This document shows positions 42,079 to 51,912 of a stretch of DNA of 64,000 nucleotides, one piece after another. A model generated the notes under the pieces. That model was not told the origin of the DNA and did not search any database. It saw nothing but the letters and a program-made list of their open reading frames with translations. Position numbers and translations under genes: made by a program. Position 1 is the first letter of the stretch. Every line of letters starts with the position of its first letter. Source of the DNA: an uncultured Chloroflexia bacterium (lineage in GTDB: Bacteria; Chloroflexota; Limnocylindria; QHBO01); NCBI GenBank assembly GCA_963827475.1, contig CAWHAZ010000005.1:576001-640000 (forward strand). Direction: 5' to 3'.

Positions 42079-44868
42079 CTAGAAGAAATCCTCGGCGTCG
42101 ATGTCGGCCGACGACCCGGAGCCGTTCGTGGCGGGCGCGGTGCCGGGAACCTCGGTCGGCGTGCCGTGGAGCCGGTGCTGGAGCTCCTTCCAGGCGAGGT
42201 TGGCGTGGTCCACGCAGAGGACCACGATGTCGCCCTTGCGCCCGAGGTCCAGTGCGCGCTTCGTGGCGTCGAGCTCGTCGAGCACGACTTCGATCTTCTG
42301 GCAGCGGGCGCCCTCGCTGATCGCGGCCTCGATGCCCTCACGGATGAGCTCGGCGGTGGCGCCCGGCTGGCGGCCCCGCGGATTCCGGTCCTCGCGAATC
42401 ACGATCCGGTCGAAATAGCCGGCGGCGACCCGGCCGAGGTCGCGGATGTCGCGGTCCCGTCGGTCGCCGGCGGTGGCGATGACCCCGATTCGCCGGCCGG
42501 TGACGAGTGGATGATGGCCGTTGGTCGGCTCGGCGGCGATCGCGTCGATAAACGACCCGAGCGCAGTCATGGCATGCGAGTTGTGGGCGTAGTCGACCAG
42601 GACCCGGTAGCCGTCGAGCTCGAACATGTTCATCCGGCCCGGCGCCTGGAAGTACGACGTGGCGAAGGTCCGCAGCCCCTGCCGAATGTCGTGGAGGTGG
42701 GCGCCGGCGGCCCACGCCGCGGCGGTCGCAGCCAGCGCATTCGCCACGTTCATCCGGGCGCGGCCCTCGAAGGTGGCCGGGATGAGGTGGGTCCAGACCA
42801 GGGGCAGGCTCTTGCGGCCCTGGCGCAGGACGATGAGGTCGCCGTTGCGACCCGGCTCGATCGTGACCGACCGGCGGCCGCGGGACGCCTGGCGACGAAG
42901 CGTCTCGTTCTCGGCGTTCAGGCTGAAGTAGATGACCGATCCGGAGCAGGCCGCCGCCATCTTCGCCACCAGCGGGTCGTCCGCGTTGAGGACCGCCGTC
43001 CCGGACCGGGGAACAGCCTCAACGATCACCTGCTTCACAGCGGCGAGCTGGCGGAGGCTGGTGATGCCGCCCAGGCCGAGGTGGTCGGATGCGACGTTGA
43101 GGACGACGGCCACGTCATTGCGCTGGTAGCCGAGGCCCTCGCGGAGGATCCCGCCCCGGGCGACCTCGAAGACCGCGGTGTCGACCAGGGGGTTCTGGAG
43201 GACCATCGAGGCGGATTTCGGGCCGCTCATGTCGCCGCGGCGGATCGGCCTACCGTCGATCAGGATCCCATCGGTGCTGGTCATCCCGATCTTGCGCCCC
43301 ATGCCCTTGAGGATGTGGCTGATCATCCGAGCCGTTGTCGTCTTGCCGTTGGTGCCGGTCACGGCCACGATCGGGATCCGGGACGCCGTCCCGGGCGGGA
43401 AGAGCATGTCGATTACCGGCTTGGCCACGTACTGCGGCTCGCCCTCGGTCGGGTTCGTGTGCATCCGGAATCCCGGGGCGGCGTTCACCTCCACGATGCC
43501 GCCGCCGGTCTCGCGGACCGGGACGCTGATGTCGGGGCAGATGAAGTCGATGCCGGCGATGTCGAGACCGATGACCTTGGCCGCCTGCTCGGCGATCTCC
43601 TGGTTCTCCGGGTGGATCTCCTCGGTCCGATCGATGCTGATCCCACCGGTGCTCATGTTCCCGGTGCGCTTGAGGTAGACCCGCGTTCCCTTGGGCGGCA
43701 CGGCGTCCAGCGCGAAGCCCTGCTCCGCCGCGTAGCTCTCGGATTCCTCGTCGACCGCGATCCGGGTCAGGACCCTTTCGTGACCGATGCCGCGCCGCGG
43801 GTCGGCATTGGTGATCGCCACCAGCTCGATGACCGTCTGCTTCCCGTCCCCGTCGACGTGCGCCGGGACGCGCTGGGCCACCGCCCGCAGCTCCCCGCCG
43901 ACCACCAGGCAGCGGTAGTCGTTGCCGACGAGGAACGACTCCACGACCACGCCGCCGAATCGGGACTCGGCCCGGGCCAGCGGGTACGCGTTGCGGACGG
44001 CGGCCTCATCGGCGAGGTTCAGCATCACCCCGCGGCCGTGGTTCCCGTCCAGCGGCTTCATCGCGACCGGATACCGGATGCGGGCCGCCGCGGTGGCCGC
44101 CTCGTCCGCGCTGCGCACCACCTCCGAGCGCGGCACCGGCACCCCGGTCGCGGCCAGCAGCCGATTGGTGAGCTTCTTGTCCTGCGCGATGTCCACGCCC
44201 AGCGCCGCGGTCTGCGAGGTCATCGTTGCCCGGATCCGCTTCTGATGGACGCCATGTCCGAGCTGGACCAGCGACGCCTCGTTGAGCCGGATCCACGGGA
44301 TATCGCGGAGCGCAGCCTCGTCGAGGATGGCCTGGGTCGATGGCCCGAAGGCCGCCCGCTCGGCGAGGCGGATGAGCTGCTCGAACTCGGCCCGGAAATC
44401 GAAGTCCGGCTCCGCTTCTACCAGGTGGTTGACCAGGCGAACGGCGAGCCGGCCGGCGGCCAGTCCCACGCTCTCCTCGGCGTACGAGAAGATCACGTGG
44501 TAGCGACCCTTCTGGCCCGTGGACCGGGTCTTTCCCCGACCGACCTCCGTGCCCGCGTCGCGCTGCAGCTGGAGGGCGATATGCTCCGCCACGTGGCCGA
44601 GCCATGTGCCTTCTCGCAGGCGGCCCTCGAAGCCGCCTGGCCGTCCCGTCCCGCATGAATGGGTCGCGACCTCGGGCACGATCCCGAGCAGGCGGTCGGT
44701 GAAGCCCTCGAGCTTGTTGGTCGGGTACTCCTCGAGCTCGCCGAGGTCGACGATGAGCTTGATGGTCGGGTCGTACGACCAGTAGTTCGGGCCCCGGTAG
44801 ACCCGCTGCTCGATGATGCGCAAGGTCCCGCGCGGGCCGGCGCCCTCCTGCGCCGCGCGCCGAGTCAC
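42079..44868 (-). CDS. cphA: Cyanophycin synthetase
   Basis: GPNYWS, C-x19-HVAEH N domain, KPLDGNHGRG and EVNAAPG ATP-grasp motifs, GTNGKTTT and DYAHN Mur domain motifs. Confidence 0.96.
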   Translation of the reverse strand: MTRRAAQEGAGPRGTLRIIEQRVYRGPNYWSYDPTIKLIVDLGELEEYPTNKLEGFTDRLLGIVPEVATHSCGTGRPGGFEGRLREGTWLGHVAEHIALQLQRDAGTEVGRGKTRSTGQKGRYHVIFSYAEESVGLAAGRLAVRLVNHLVEAEPDFDFRAEFEQLIRLAERAAFGPSTQAILDEAALRDIPWIRLNEASLVQLGHGVHQKRIRATMTSQTAALGVDIAQDKKLTNRLLAATGVPVPRSEVVRSADEAATAAARIRYPVAMKPLDGNHGRGVMLNLADEAAVRNAYPLARAESRFGGVVVESFLVGNDYRCLVVGGELRAVAQRVPAHVDGDGKQTVIELVAITNADPRRGIGHERVLTRIAVDEESESYAAEQGFALDAVPPKGTRVYLKRTGNMSTGGISIDRTEEIHPENQEIAEQAAKVIGLDIAGIDFICPDISVPVRETGGGIVEVNAAPGFRMHTNPTEGEPQYVAKPVIDMLFPPGTASRIPIVAVTGTNGKTTTARMISHILKGMGRKIGMTSTDGILIDGRPIRRGDMSGPKSASMVLQNPLVDTAVFEVARGGILREGLGYQRNDVAVVLNVASDHLGLGGITSLRQLAAVKQVIVEAVPRSGTAVLNADDPLVAKMAAACSGSVIYFSLNAENETLRRQASRGRRSVTIEPGRNGDLIVLRQGRKSLPLVWTHLIPATFEGRARMNVANALAATAAAWAAGAHLHDIRQGLRTFATSYFQAPGRMNMFELDGYRVLVDYAHNSHAMTALGSFIDAIAAEPTNGHHPLVTGRRIGVIATAGDRRDRDIRDLGRVAAGYFDRIVIREDRNPRGRQPGATAELIREGIEAAISEGARCQKIEVVLDELDATKRALDLGRKGDIVVLCVDHANLAWKELQHRLHGTPTEVPGTAPATNGSGSSADIDAEDFF

Positions 44869-45854
44869 TCGCTGGCTTCCTCGAGTGCGCGGGAGCGGAC
44901 CGATCGCCGTCGGGAGCGTTCGGGAGCGCTGTCGTCGGCACCCTCCGCCGCGATGCGGCGGATCAGGCGGCGCGTGCGATCGGACGCGGCCTGGATGTGG
45001 GCGAGCTGGCGATCGGTGGCGTCGACCGGCCGCAGGGTGGCCCGGACCTGGCGTCGACGGAGGTCGAATCGGTATCCCGAGGGGAGGCTGTGGAGGACGA
45101 CCCCGCTGACCATGATCGGCCGATGCCGCTTGGCCTCATAGGCATCGGTCTGGAGCTTGGCGGGGTCGAGGATGGTGACCGCCCCCTTGCCGATGACCTC
45201 CAGCACGCCGCTCGGCGAGACGACCGCGGCCGTGTCCTCGTCGAGGCCAATCCCCAGCAGGCCCGGCGACTGGGCGACGAGCGCGATGAGACGACCGATG
45301 CGGTTTCGCTGCTCGAAGTGCTGGTCGATGACGACCCCCGGCAGCAGGCCGAGGCCCGCGCTCATCTGGGTCATCCGCTGCTTGGGCGTTGCCCCGCTGG
45401 TGCCGAAGGCGACCATGTGGCTGGCGATGGCCGATGCGCCGGCGCTGGTGCCGGCGACGACGAGCCCGTGCTTGTGGCCCTCGACGAGCGCCTTGCCGAG
45501 CTTCGTACCTCCCACCACGCTCGAGAGTCGCAGCTGGTTGCCGCCGGTGAGGAACACCCCGGTCGCTTCGCGGACCTGCTCGGCCACTCGGGTGGCGTTC
45601 GCCTCCTCGCGGGTGAGCGGCCGCACGCTGTGCACCTCGGCGGCGCCGAGCTGGTGGAACAGGGACCCGTACAGGTCGGTCGCCTCGTCACCAAGGGAGG
45701 ACGCGGTCGAGATGATGAGAATCCGCGCCGAGGGCCCGCCGGCCAGGGTGACGAAGCGCGTGAGGATCGTGCGCTGGCGCAGCTTGTCTTCCGCGCCGCC
45801 GATCATCACCAGGTGCCCAGCACGTGGCCGCGCCGGGCGGGAGGTCGCAGCCAT
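44865..45854 (-). CDS. cphB: Cyanophycinase
   Basis: IGGAEDK, TGGNQLRL, GTSAGA nucleophile, DQHFEQRNRIGRL, GLDEDT; overlaps the cphA start. Confidence 0.95.
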   Translation of the reverse strand: MAATSRPARPRAGHLVMIGGAEDKLRQRTILTRFVTLAGGPSARILIISTASSLGDEATDLYGSLFHQLGAAEVHSVRPLTREEANATRVAEQVREATGVFLTGGNQLRLSSVVGGTKLGKALVEGHKHGLVVAGTSAGASAIASHMVAFGTSGATPKQRMTQMSAGLGLLPGVVIDQHFEQRNRIGRLIALVAQSPGLLGIGLDEDTAAVVSPSGVLEVIGKGAVTILDPAKLQTDAYEAKRHRPIMVSGVVLHSLPSGYRFDLRRRQVRATLRPVDATDRQLAHIQAASDRTRRLIRRIAAEGADDSAPERSRRRSVRSRALEEASE

Positions 45855-45906
45855 CCGGGGGAGCATAGCAACCCCGATCCAGCCGGCGGACCCGTACACT
45901 CGTCGG

Positions 45907-47085
45907 ATGGCCTCGTCGCCGGACGTCACCCACCAGGACCTCGACTTCTACGCCGTCCTGGACGTGGATCCCGCGGCCACCGCGGATCAGCTGCGGGTCG
46001 CGTTCCGACGAGCCGTCCTGCGCCACCACCCCGATCGGAGCGGCGCGTCCACGGGTCTGGCCACGCGCCGCACGTCCCTGCTGAACCGCGCATGGTCCGA
46101 GCTGCGCGACCCGGCGCGACGGCGCGCGTACGACGGCGCCCTCGAGCGGGGCGAGGCCGCGACCGTCGCGTGGCCGGTGGCCGCAGGCGAGCCACCGCGG
46201 GCCGGCTCGACCCGTCCGCGCCGATCGCGGCGCGGCCGGGTGGCCGCCGAGCCGAGTCCGTGGCACCAACCCGCCTGGCGATCGGTCGAGGGTTTCCGCG
46301 TCCCGGCCGCGGTGTTCCTCGACCAGCCGGAGGCGCAGCGACGGTGGATCGTCGAGCACCACATCGCTGGTCAGGACTGGCGCGACCACCGGGAGCGCTA
46401 TTGGCTCCGCTTTGCCGCCGGCCACTACCACGAGCGGGGCCGGCTCGACGACTGGGTCGGCGCTTCCGAGCGCCTGGTCGAGATCGACCGGTCCTTCGAC
46501 ACTCTCGCCCGCTCCGACCTGCGCTCGGCCTACGAGGCCACCGACCGCCACCTTGCCGGCGCAACCTTCCTGGCGGAGGCGGCCGAGCGCTGGCCCGCCG
46601 GGAGCGCGGCCCGGACCTGGGTCGAGCGCGAGATGCGCACGTTGCTCGCGGACTTCCGGGAGCGCCATGTGCGCCGCGGCCCGGCGGCAGATCGGGCACC
46701 GAACGCCGACCTGCTGTTCAACTACCTCGCCGGACTGGCCATGGAGCCGACGCCGGCCGACCTGCGCGCCGCGGAGCTCGTGCATCGCCGGGCAGGCCAC
46801 GGAGAGCGGGCAGCGGTCCTGCGCGAGCGCCTCCTCGCGCTGCCGGTGGGGGACGGCGACGGTTGGTACAGCCGGGTGCAGCTGCTGACCGATGCCGGGG
46901 AGCTGGAACGCGCCTCGCTGTTGTTGGCCGAGGTTGCCCGCGGCGACCACCCCGACGCGTTGGATCCGCGGCGGGTCCGCGGCCAGCCCTCCGTCCGCAT
47001 GGCGCGGGCACGGGCGCGGCTGGAACGGGCCCAGGCTCGGTCGCGCCGGAACGGGACGTCGCCGGCGGCGCGGAAGCGGGACTAG
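45907..47085 (+). CDS. J-domain protein with helical (TPR-like) C-terminus
   Basis: DFYAVLDV..HHPDR..LNRAWSELRDPARRRAYD. Confidence 0.82.
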   Translation: MASSPDVTHQDLDFYAVLDVDPAATADQLRVAFRRAVLRHHPDRSGASTGLATRRTSLLNRAWSELRDPARRRAYDGALERGEAATVAWPVAAGEPPRAGSTRPRRSRRGRVAAEPSPWHQPAWRSVEGFRVPAAVFLDQPEAQRRWIVEHHIAGQDWRDHRERYWLRFAAGHYHERGRLDDWVGASERLVEIDRSFDTLARSDLRSAYEATDRHLAGATFLAEAAERWPAGSAARTWVEREMRTLLADFRERHVRRGPAADRAPNADLLFNYLAGLAMEPTPADLRAAELVHRRAGHGERAAVLRERLLALPVGDGDGWYSRVQLLTDAGELERASLLLAEVARGDHPDALDPRRVRGQPSVRMARARARLERAQARSRRNGTSPAARKRD

Positions 47086-48470
47086 CCCGAAGCGGTTTCC
47101 TCTTCGATGCCGTCGTCCGACGGGTGGATCACCTCCACCTGGCCGAGGTTCGCGGCCTCCAGGCCGGGGCGAACCGCCTCGGCGTCGCCGGCGAGCACGA
47201 CGAGCGCCTCTGCCGGGCGGAGGAGGCCGGCCGCCGCCGCGAGCACCTCGCGGGGGCCGACGGCCTCGATCCGATCGCGGTACGTCGCCCACCAGTCGTG
47301 GTCGAGACCGTAGATCGCGACCGGCTCGATCCCGGCCGCTGCCCCGCCGGTGGTCTCGAAGCGCAGGGGGAAGACGCCGATGAGGTAGTCGGTCACTTCC
47401 TGCAGCTCCTCGGTCGAGGGCTCTGCGGCCTGCAGTCCGTCGAGCACGGCGAACGTCTCGCGGACCGCGTCCGCGGTGACCTCGGTATGGACGGCGGCCC
47501 GGGCGGAGAACGGGCCGGCGGCGCGGCGGGGATCGAAGGCCGCCCGGGCGCCGTAGGTGTAGCCCAGCTCCTCCCGCAGCCGCTGGTTCAGCCGGCTGCT
47601 GAACGTCCCGCCCAGCAGCGAGGCCATGACCATGGCCGGGAAGTAGTCGGCGTGGTCCCGCGCGATCCCCACGTGGCCGATCCGCAGCTCGCTCTGGACC
47701 GAGCCTGGCCGATCAACGATCACCACCCGCCGACCGCCTCGGTCCTTCGCGGTGATGGTTCGATGTCCCGGGCTCGTGCCCTCCCAGCCGCCGAAGGCCG
47801 ACGCCGCGGCGGTGCGCACCTGTTCCGCGGTGACCGGCCCGGCCACCACTACGTGGGCGCGGTCCGGGCGCCAGTTCCGGGTGTGGTGGGCTCGCGCCGA
47901 AGCCACCGTCAGCGGCTCGACCGTCTCCGGGACGCCGGCCCCCAGCCGGCCGTACGGCGAGTCCTCCGGGTAGATCTGGCGCAGGAAGTGCTCGTCGGCC
48001 AATCGACCAGGCTCCGAGCGCGCCTGGAGGATGTCGGCCAGCCGCTCCTCCCGCAAGCGGTCGAACTCCCCCTCGTCGAAGCGCGGCTCGAGCACCATCT
48101 CGGCCAGCAGCTCGAGCCCGGCCTCGAAGCGGTCGGCGAGGGCGAGGAACCCGGCCCGGGCGACGTCCCACGACGATTCGGCGTGGAGCTCGATCCCGAG
48201 CCGCTCGGTGGCCTCGGAGAAGGCGTGACCGTCGAGCCGTCGGGTCCCGGTGACCAGGGTTTCGGCGGTGAGGGCCGCGATCCCCGCCTCGGCCTCGTCC
48301 TCCGCCGCGGCGCCGCCGTCGACCATGAGGTGCACGCTGACGAGGTCACGGTCCGGGAGGGGGACGGTCCACATCGTCAACCCGCTCGGCAGCCGCTCAT
48401 GGACGAAGTGGGGGAAGTGATACGACCGGGGTGCGCCGGGTGCCGGGCGAAGGGGATTCGGCGCGGTCAT
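47082..48470 (-). CDS. M16 peptidase, non-catalytic subunit
   Basis: No HxxEH; SSRLNQRLREELGYTYG motif present. Confidence 0.88.
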   Translation of the reverse strand: MTAPNPLRPAPGAPRSYHFPHFVHERLPSGLTMWTVPLPDRDLVSVHLMVDGGAAAEDEAEAGIAALTAETLVTGTRRLDGHAFSEATERLGIELHAESSWDVARAGFLALADRFEAGLELLAEMVLEPRFDEGEFDRLREERLADILQARSEPGRLADEHFLRQIYPEDSPYGRLGAGVPETVEPLTVASARAHHTRNWRPDRAHVVVAGPVTAEQVRTAAASAFGGWEGTSPGHRTITAKDRGGRRVVIVDRPGSVQSELRIGHVGIARDHADYFPAMVMASLLGGTFSSRLNQRLREELGYTYGARAAFDPRRAAGPFSARAAVHTEVTADAVRETFAVLDGLQAAEPSTEELQEVTDYLIGVFPLRFETTGGAAAGIEPVAIYGLDHDWWATYRDRIEAVGPREVLAAAAGLLRPAEALVVLAGDAEAVRPGLEAANLGQVEVIHPSDDGIEEETASG

Positions 48471-49762
48471 GCCGCGGCCTCGTCATCGGTCTCGTCCTCG
48501 GCGGGAACGTAGGTCAGGATCACCCGGTTGTCCGCTCCGGTCCGAGCGGACATGGCCGCGCGGATGCGGGCCGCGTCCACCGCGTCGTAGCGCGCGACCT
48601 CGGTGTTGACCATCTCCGGCGCGTCGAACAGGCAGGCGTATTGGCTGATCCGATCGGCCCGTTCACCGACCTGCTCGAGGCCGGCCTCCACGGCGGCTGC
48701 GTGGAGGGTCCGGACCCGGGCCAGCTCGTCCTCGGACGGTCCCTCTGCCGCGAGCCGGTCGATCTCCGCCAGCAGCTCGGCCTCGAGGTCCTCGACCGCG
48801 ACCTCGGGCCGGGCGGTGGCCCAGATGCCCAGCGCCGTCGACCCGTGGGCCCACGGGAACACGAACGCGGCCACGTCTGCGGCCAGCTGCTGCTCTCGGA
48901 CGAGTGAGCGGTACAGCCGTGAGGCCCGCCCGGTGCCCAGCAGGTCGCTGACGACGTTGATGTCCTCGTGGTCGTCGGTGCCGAAGGGCGGAATCCGATA
49001 GGCGAGGTGCACGCGGGCGAGCTCGACCTGGTCTTGCACCACCTCACGGATCTCCCCGCCGAGCGTCGGGGGGACGTCCATGTTCGGCGGGGCTGGGAGC
49101 TGGTCGTTGGCGGGGATCGGCCCGAAGTGGCGTTCGATGCCCGCCAGGGCCGCGTTCGGGTCGAAGTCCCCGGCCACGGTCAGGACCGCGTTGTTCGGCG
49201 CGTAGTAGGTCGCGAAGAAACGGCTGACGTCGTCCAGGGAGGCGGCGGTCAGATCTTCCATCGAGCCGATCGTGGAGTGGTGGTAGGGATGACCCTTCGG
49301 CCAGAGGAGCTCCTGCATCCGCTCTTCCGCGGTCCCGTACGGCTGGTTGTCGACCGACAGCCGCCGCTCGTTCTTCACGACGTCCCGCTGGTTGTCGAGC
49401 TTCTCCTGGGTCATGGCCGGCAGGAGGCTCGCCATCCGGTCGGACTCGAGCCACAGCGCGAGCTCGAACTCGTGCGAGGGGAGCGTCTCGAAGTAGTTCG
49501 TCCGGTCGGTCCAGGTCGACGCGTTGAGTGTCCCGCCGGCGGCCTGGACCTGGGCGAAGTGTTCGCCCTTGGCCACGTTGGCCGAGCCCTGGAACATCAT
49601 GTGCTCGAACAGGTGGGCGAACCCGGTGCGCCCCGCTTCCTCGTTCCGGCTGCCGACGTCGTACCACAGGTTGACGGCCACGATCGGCGTCCGGGAGTCG
49701 GGGGACAGGATGACCCGCAGGCCATTGTCGAGTCGGTGCCGCTCGATGGGAACGTGGGCCAT
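48467..49762 (-). CDS. M16 (pitrilysin) zinc peptidase
   Basis: LDNGL, GFAHLFEHMMF, NAST..DRTNY, YYAPNNA. Confidence 0.93.
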   Translation of the reverse strand: MAHVPIERHRLDNGLRVILSPDSRTPIVAVNLWYDVGSRNEEAGRTGFAHLFEHMMFQGSANVAKGEHFAQVQAAGGTLNASTWTDRTNYFETLPSHEFELALWLESDRMASLLPAMTQEKLDNQRDVVKNERRLSVDNQPYGTAEERMQELLWPKGHPYHHSTIGSMEDLTAASLDDVSRFFATYYAPNNAVLTVAGDFDPNAALAGIERHFGPIPANDQLPAPPNMDVPPTLGGEIREVVQDQVELARVHLAYRIPPFGTDDHEDINVVSDLLGTGRASRLYRSLVREQQLAADVAAFVFPWAHGSTALGIWATARPEVAVEDLEAELLAEIDRLAAEGPSEDELARVRTLHAAAVEAGLEQVGERADRISQYACLFDAPEMVNTEVARYDAVDAARIRAAMSARTGADNRVILTYVPAEDETDDEAAA

Positions 49763-49800
49763 GGCGCGAGCCTCGCGAGAGAGCGGTGACGGCGTACGTA

Positions 49801-49820
49801 GCGGGCTCATCGGAGCCCGC
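49801..49820. terminator. GC hairpin downstream of tRNA-Lys
   Basis: GCGGGCTC-ATCG-GAGCCCGC. Confidence 0.45.
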
Positions 49821-49844
49821 CGGGACGCCATGGGTGGGGTCGAT

Positions 49845-49919
49845 TGGTGAGCGCCCAGGGATTCGAACCCTGAACCTAGTGATTAAGAGTCACTTGCTCT
49901 GCCGTTGAGCTAGGCGCCC
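49845..49919 (-). tRNA. tRNA-Lys (CTT)
   Basis: GGGCGCC..., anticodon arm AGTGA-CTCTTAA-TCACT, TTCGAAT, encoded CCA. Confidence 0.95.
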
Positions 49920-49968
49920 GTCCGATGATGCCCGACCAACGGCCGCGGGCGCAACTCGTGGCCCGTGG

Positions 49969-50616
49969 CTACTCGATGGCCGGCGGACCGGGTCCGCCAC
50001 CGGGCTCCGGCGCGTCACCGTAGTGCTGGTCGATGAAGGTGTCCATCAGCTCGGTGTCGATCTCGTCGAGGTACAGCAGCCACGTCCACGCCACCACCGC
50101 GATCGGCGATCCGAAGTCGTCACCGGCCCACGGGGCCACCAGGACCTTGTACCGCTCGCCGACGTTCCACTCCCGCGTGTAGTCCGCCAGCTCGGCAATC
50201 TCGGTCGGGGAGACCTGGTCGGTCTGGTACCAGATCACGATTCCGCCGTGCTCCAGGTTGTGGATGGCCGGCTCCTGCGGGATGGCGGAGGGGTAGACCC
50301 CCCACTGCAGCGGGGTGGGCCAATGCGGCCCGGAGGCTGCCGGGGTCGACGAGTACGGCCCGCCTGCGGTCCCCTCCTCGATGTGGGTGCGACCGTCCAT
50401 CGCCTGGGGCTGGCCGACCGTCGCGGACTGCCCCGGCGCGAGGAGGGCGAACAGGACGATGGCGGTCAGGCCCACGATCACGAGCAGACCGATGCCGACG
50501 ATGACCAGCGGCGTCCCGGTCAGGCGGCTGGAGGATCCCGCGCCGACCCGACGCTGGAGGGCATCCTCGCTGGCGCGGGTTCGACGCTGGGGAGCAGCGG
50601 TTCGGCGACGGGACAT
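49969..50616 (-). CDS. DUF3105 domain membrane-anchored protein
   Basis: One TM, then PAASGPH and HNLEHGGIVIWY. Confidence 0.85.
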   Translation of the reverse strand: MSRRRTAAPQRRTRASEDALQRRVGAGSSSRLTGTPLVIVGIGLLVIVGLTAIVLFALLAPGQSATVGQPQAMDGRTHIEEGTAGGPYSSTPAASGPHWPTPLQWGVYPSAIPQEPAIHNLEHGGIVIWYQTDQVSPTEIAELADYTREWNVGERYKVLVAPWAGDDFGSPIAVVAWTWLLYLDEIDTELMDTFIDQHYGDAPEPGGGPGPPAIE

Positions 50617-50693
50617 TGGCCGGAGAGGATAGCCGAGGCGGGGCAGATGGTCTGGGAGGGGTCGTTGGGGCCGCGTTGCTAGAATCGGCGAGC

Positions 50694-51101
50694 GTGACTG
50701 CCGAGAATCCCGAACCAACCGGAATGCGGGGCCTGCTCGGCCTGCTCATCGAGCAGGTGATCGAGCTCGGCCGGATCTACGCCAGCGCCGCGCGGCAGGA
50801 GGTCGAAGTCGGCCTCAACCACATCAAGATTGCCGCGATCTTCTTCGGCGTGATGGTCGCGCTGCTGGCGGTGGGCTTCATGGTCCTCGTTCTGCTGCTC
50901 GTGTCCGCCATCAGCGCCGCCACCGGGCTGCCGCTGTGGGTCACGGCCCTGCTGGTCCTCACCGTGGTGCTGGTGCTGGCGACACTGTTCGGGTGGCTCG
51001 GGTACCGTCGGGTGCAGAAGGCCAGCGTGATGCCCGATGAAACGATTGCCGCGGCCAAGGAGGATCTCGAGTGGGTGCAACACTTGACGAGACGCGACTA
51101 G
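50694..51101 (+). CDS. YqjE/'phage holin family' 2-TM membrane protein
   Basis: ARQEVE, two TMs, PDETIAAAKEDLEW tail. Confidence 0.8.
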   Translation: MTAENPEPTGMRGLLGLLIEQVIELGRIYASAARQEVEVGLNHIKIAAIFFGVMVALLAVGFMVLVLLLVSAISAATGLPLWVTALLVLTVVLVLATLFGWLGYRRVQKASVMPDETIAAAKEDLEWVQHLTRRD

Positions 51102-51859
51102 AGCTCGATGCGCAGCGGGCGCGAGTCCGCGGCACGGCTGAGCAACTCGAGGACGCCACCCGCCGGTCGCTGGACGTGCGGGCGATCATCGGCCGCCATC
51201 CGGCGCGCGTGGTGGGGCTCAGTGCCGCCGCTGCTTTCTTCCTGTTCGGCGGGCCCCACCGCACGGTCCGCGCCGTGCGCCACGCCCTCGGGGCCCCCGC
51301 CGAAGGTGCCAAGGCCTACGCCGCCCTGCCGCCGACCCTCCGCTCACTGGTCGACGAGCTGGCGCCTGGCCTTGGCCAGTCGAAGGCGGACGCCAAGGGC
51401 CAGATGGCGCTGGCCCTCCACGCATGGCGCGAGAACCCGAAGAACCGGAAGAAGGCCGATCGCCTGATCAGTGAGACGCTGACCCCGCCCGGGCCGTCGC
51501 GGACGTTCTGGGCCCTGGTCGAGGTCGCCGGGGTGACCGCGGCCGGCATCATCGCCAAGCAGGTCGTGGGCCGCAGCCTCGCCAGCGGCGCCTTTGGCGC
51601 CCTGCTCGGCCGCACGGGATCGAAGGCCACGACCGAGCCGAAGGCGACCACGGCCTCGAAGGAAGAGGCCGATGCGAAGCCGCCAGGCAAGCCCAAGGCC
51701 AAGGGCGAGCCCCAGGCCAAGGCCGAGCCCCAGGCCAAGGTCGAGCCCAAGGCCGCGACTGGGTCAGGCTCGAACGGCTATGCCGGCTGGTCCGGGCGGC
51801 AGGCCTCGGTGGCCGGGCCGGCCCGCGAGCCCACCGCGCCGACCAAGACCTCGAACTGA
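51071..51859 (+). CDS. Hypothetical protein (DUF3618-like N-terminus, Lys/Ala/Pro-rich tail)
   Basis: Coupled to the YqjE-like gene; AK(G/A/V)EP(Q/K) repeats. Confidence 0.65.
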   Translation: MGATLDETRLELDAQRARVRGTAEQLEDATRRSLDVRAIIGRHPARVVGLSAAAAFFLFGGPHRTVRAVRHALGAPAEGAKAYAALPPTLRSLVDELAPGLGQSKADAKGQMALALHAWRENPKNRKKADRLISETLTPPGPSRTFWALVEVAGVTAAGIIAKQVVGRSLASGAFGALLGRTGSKATTEPKATTASKEEADAKPPGKPKAKGEPQAKAEPQAKVEPKAATGSGSNGYAGWSGRQASVAGPAREPTAPTKTSN

Positions 51860-51912
51860 GCCGCGCCGCGGGCGTTTGCTAGACTCGGCCGGCCGCCGAG
51901 CACCCTTCCCCT

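Noticed and set aside
44997-48512. 1171-aa ORF, and similar long ORFs at 56580-59696, 7087-10074 and 42166-44658
   Set aside because: These are antisense or off-frame shadows of well-supported genes. Stop codons are rare in GC-rich DNA and the translations are low-information Arg/Gly/Pro-rich sequences.
50694-51101. 'Phage holin family' protein as a sign of a prophage
   Set aside because: This YqjE-like family is commonly chromosomal, and no phage genes lie nearby.
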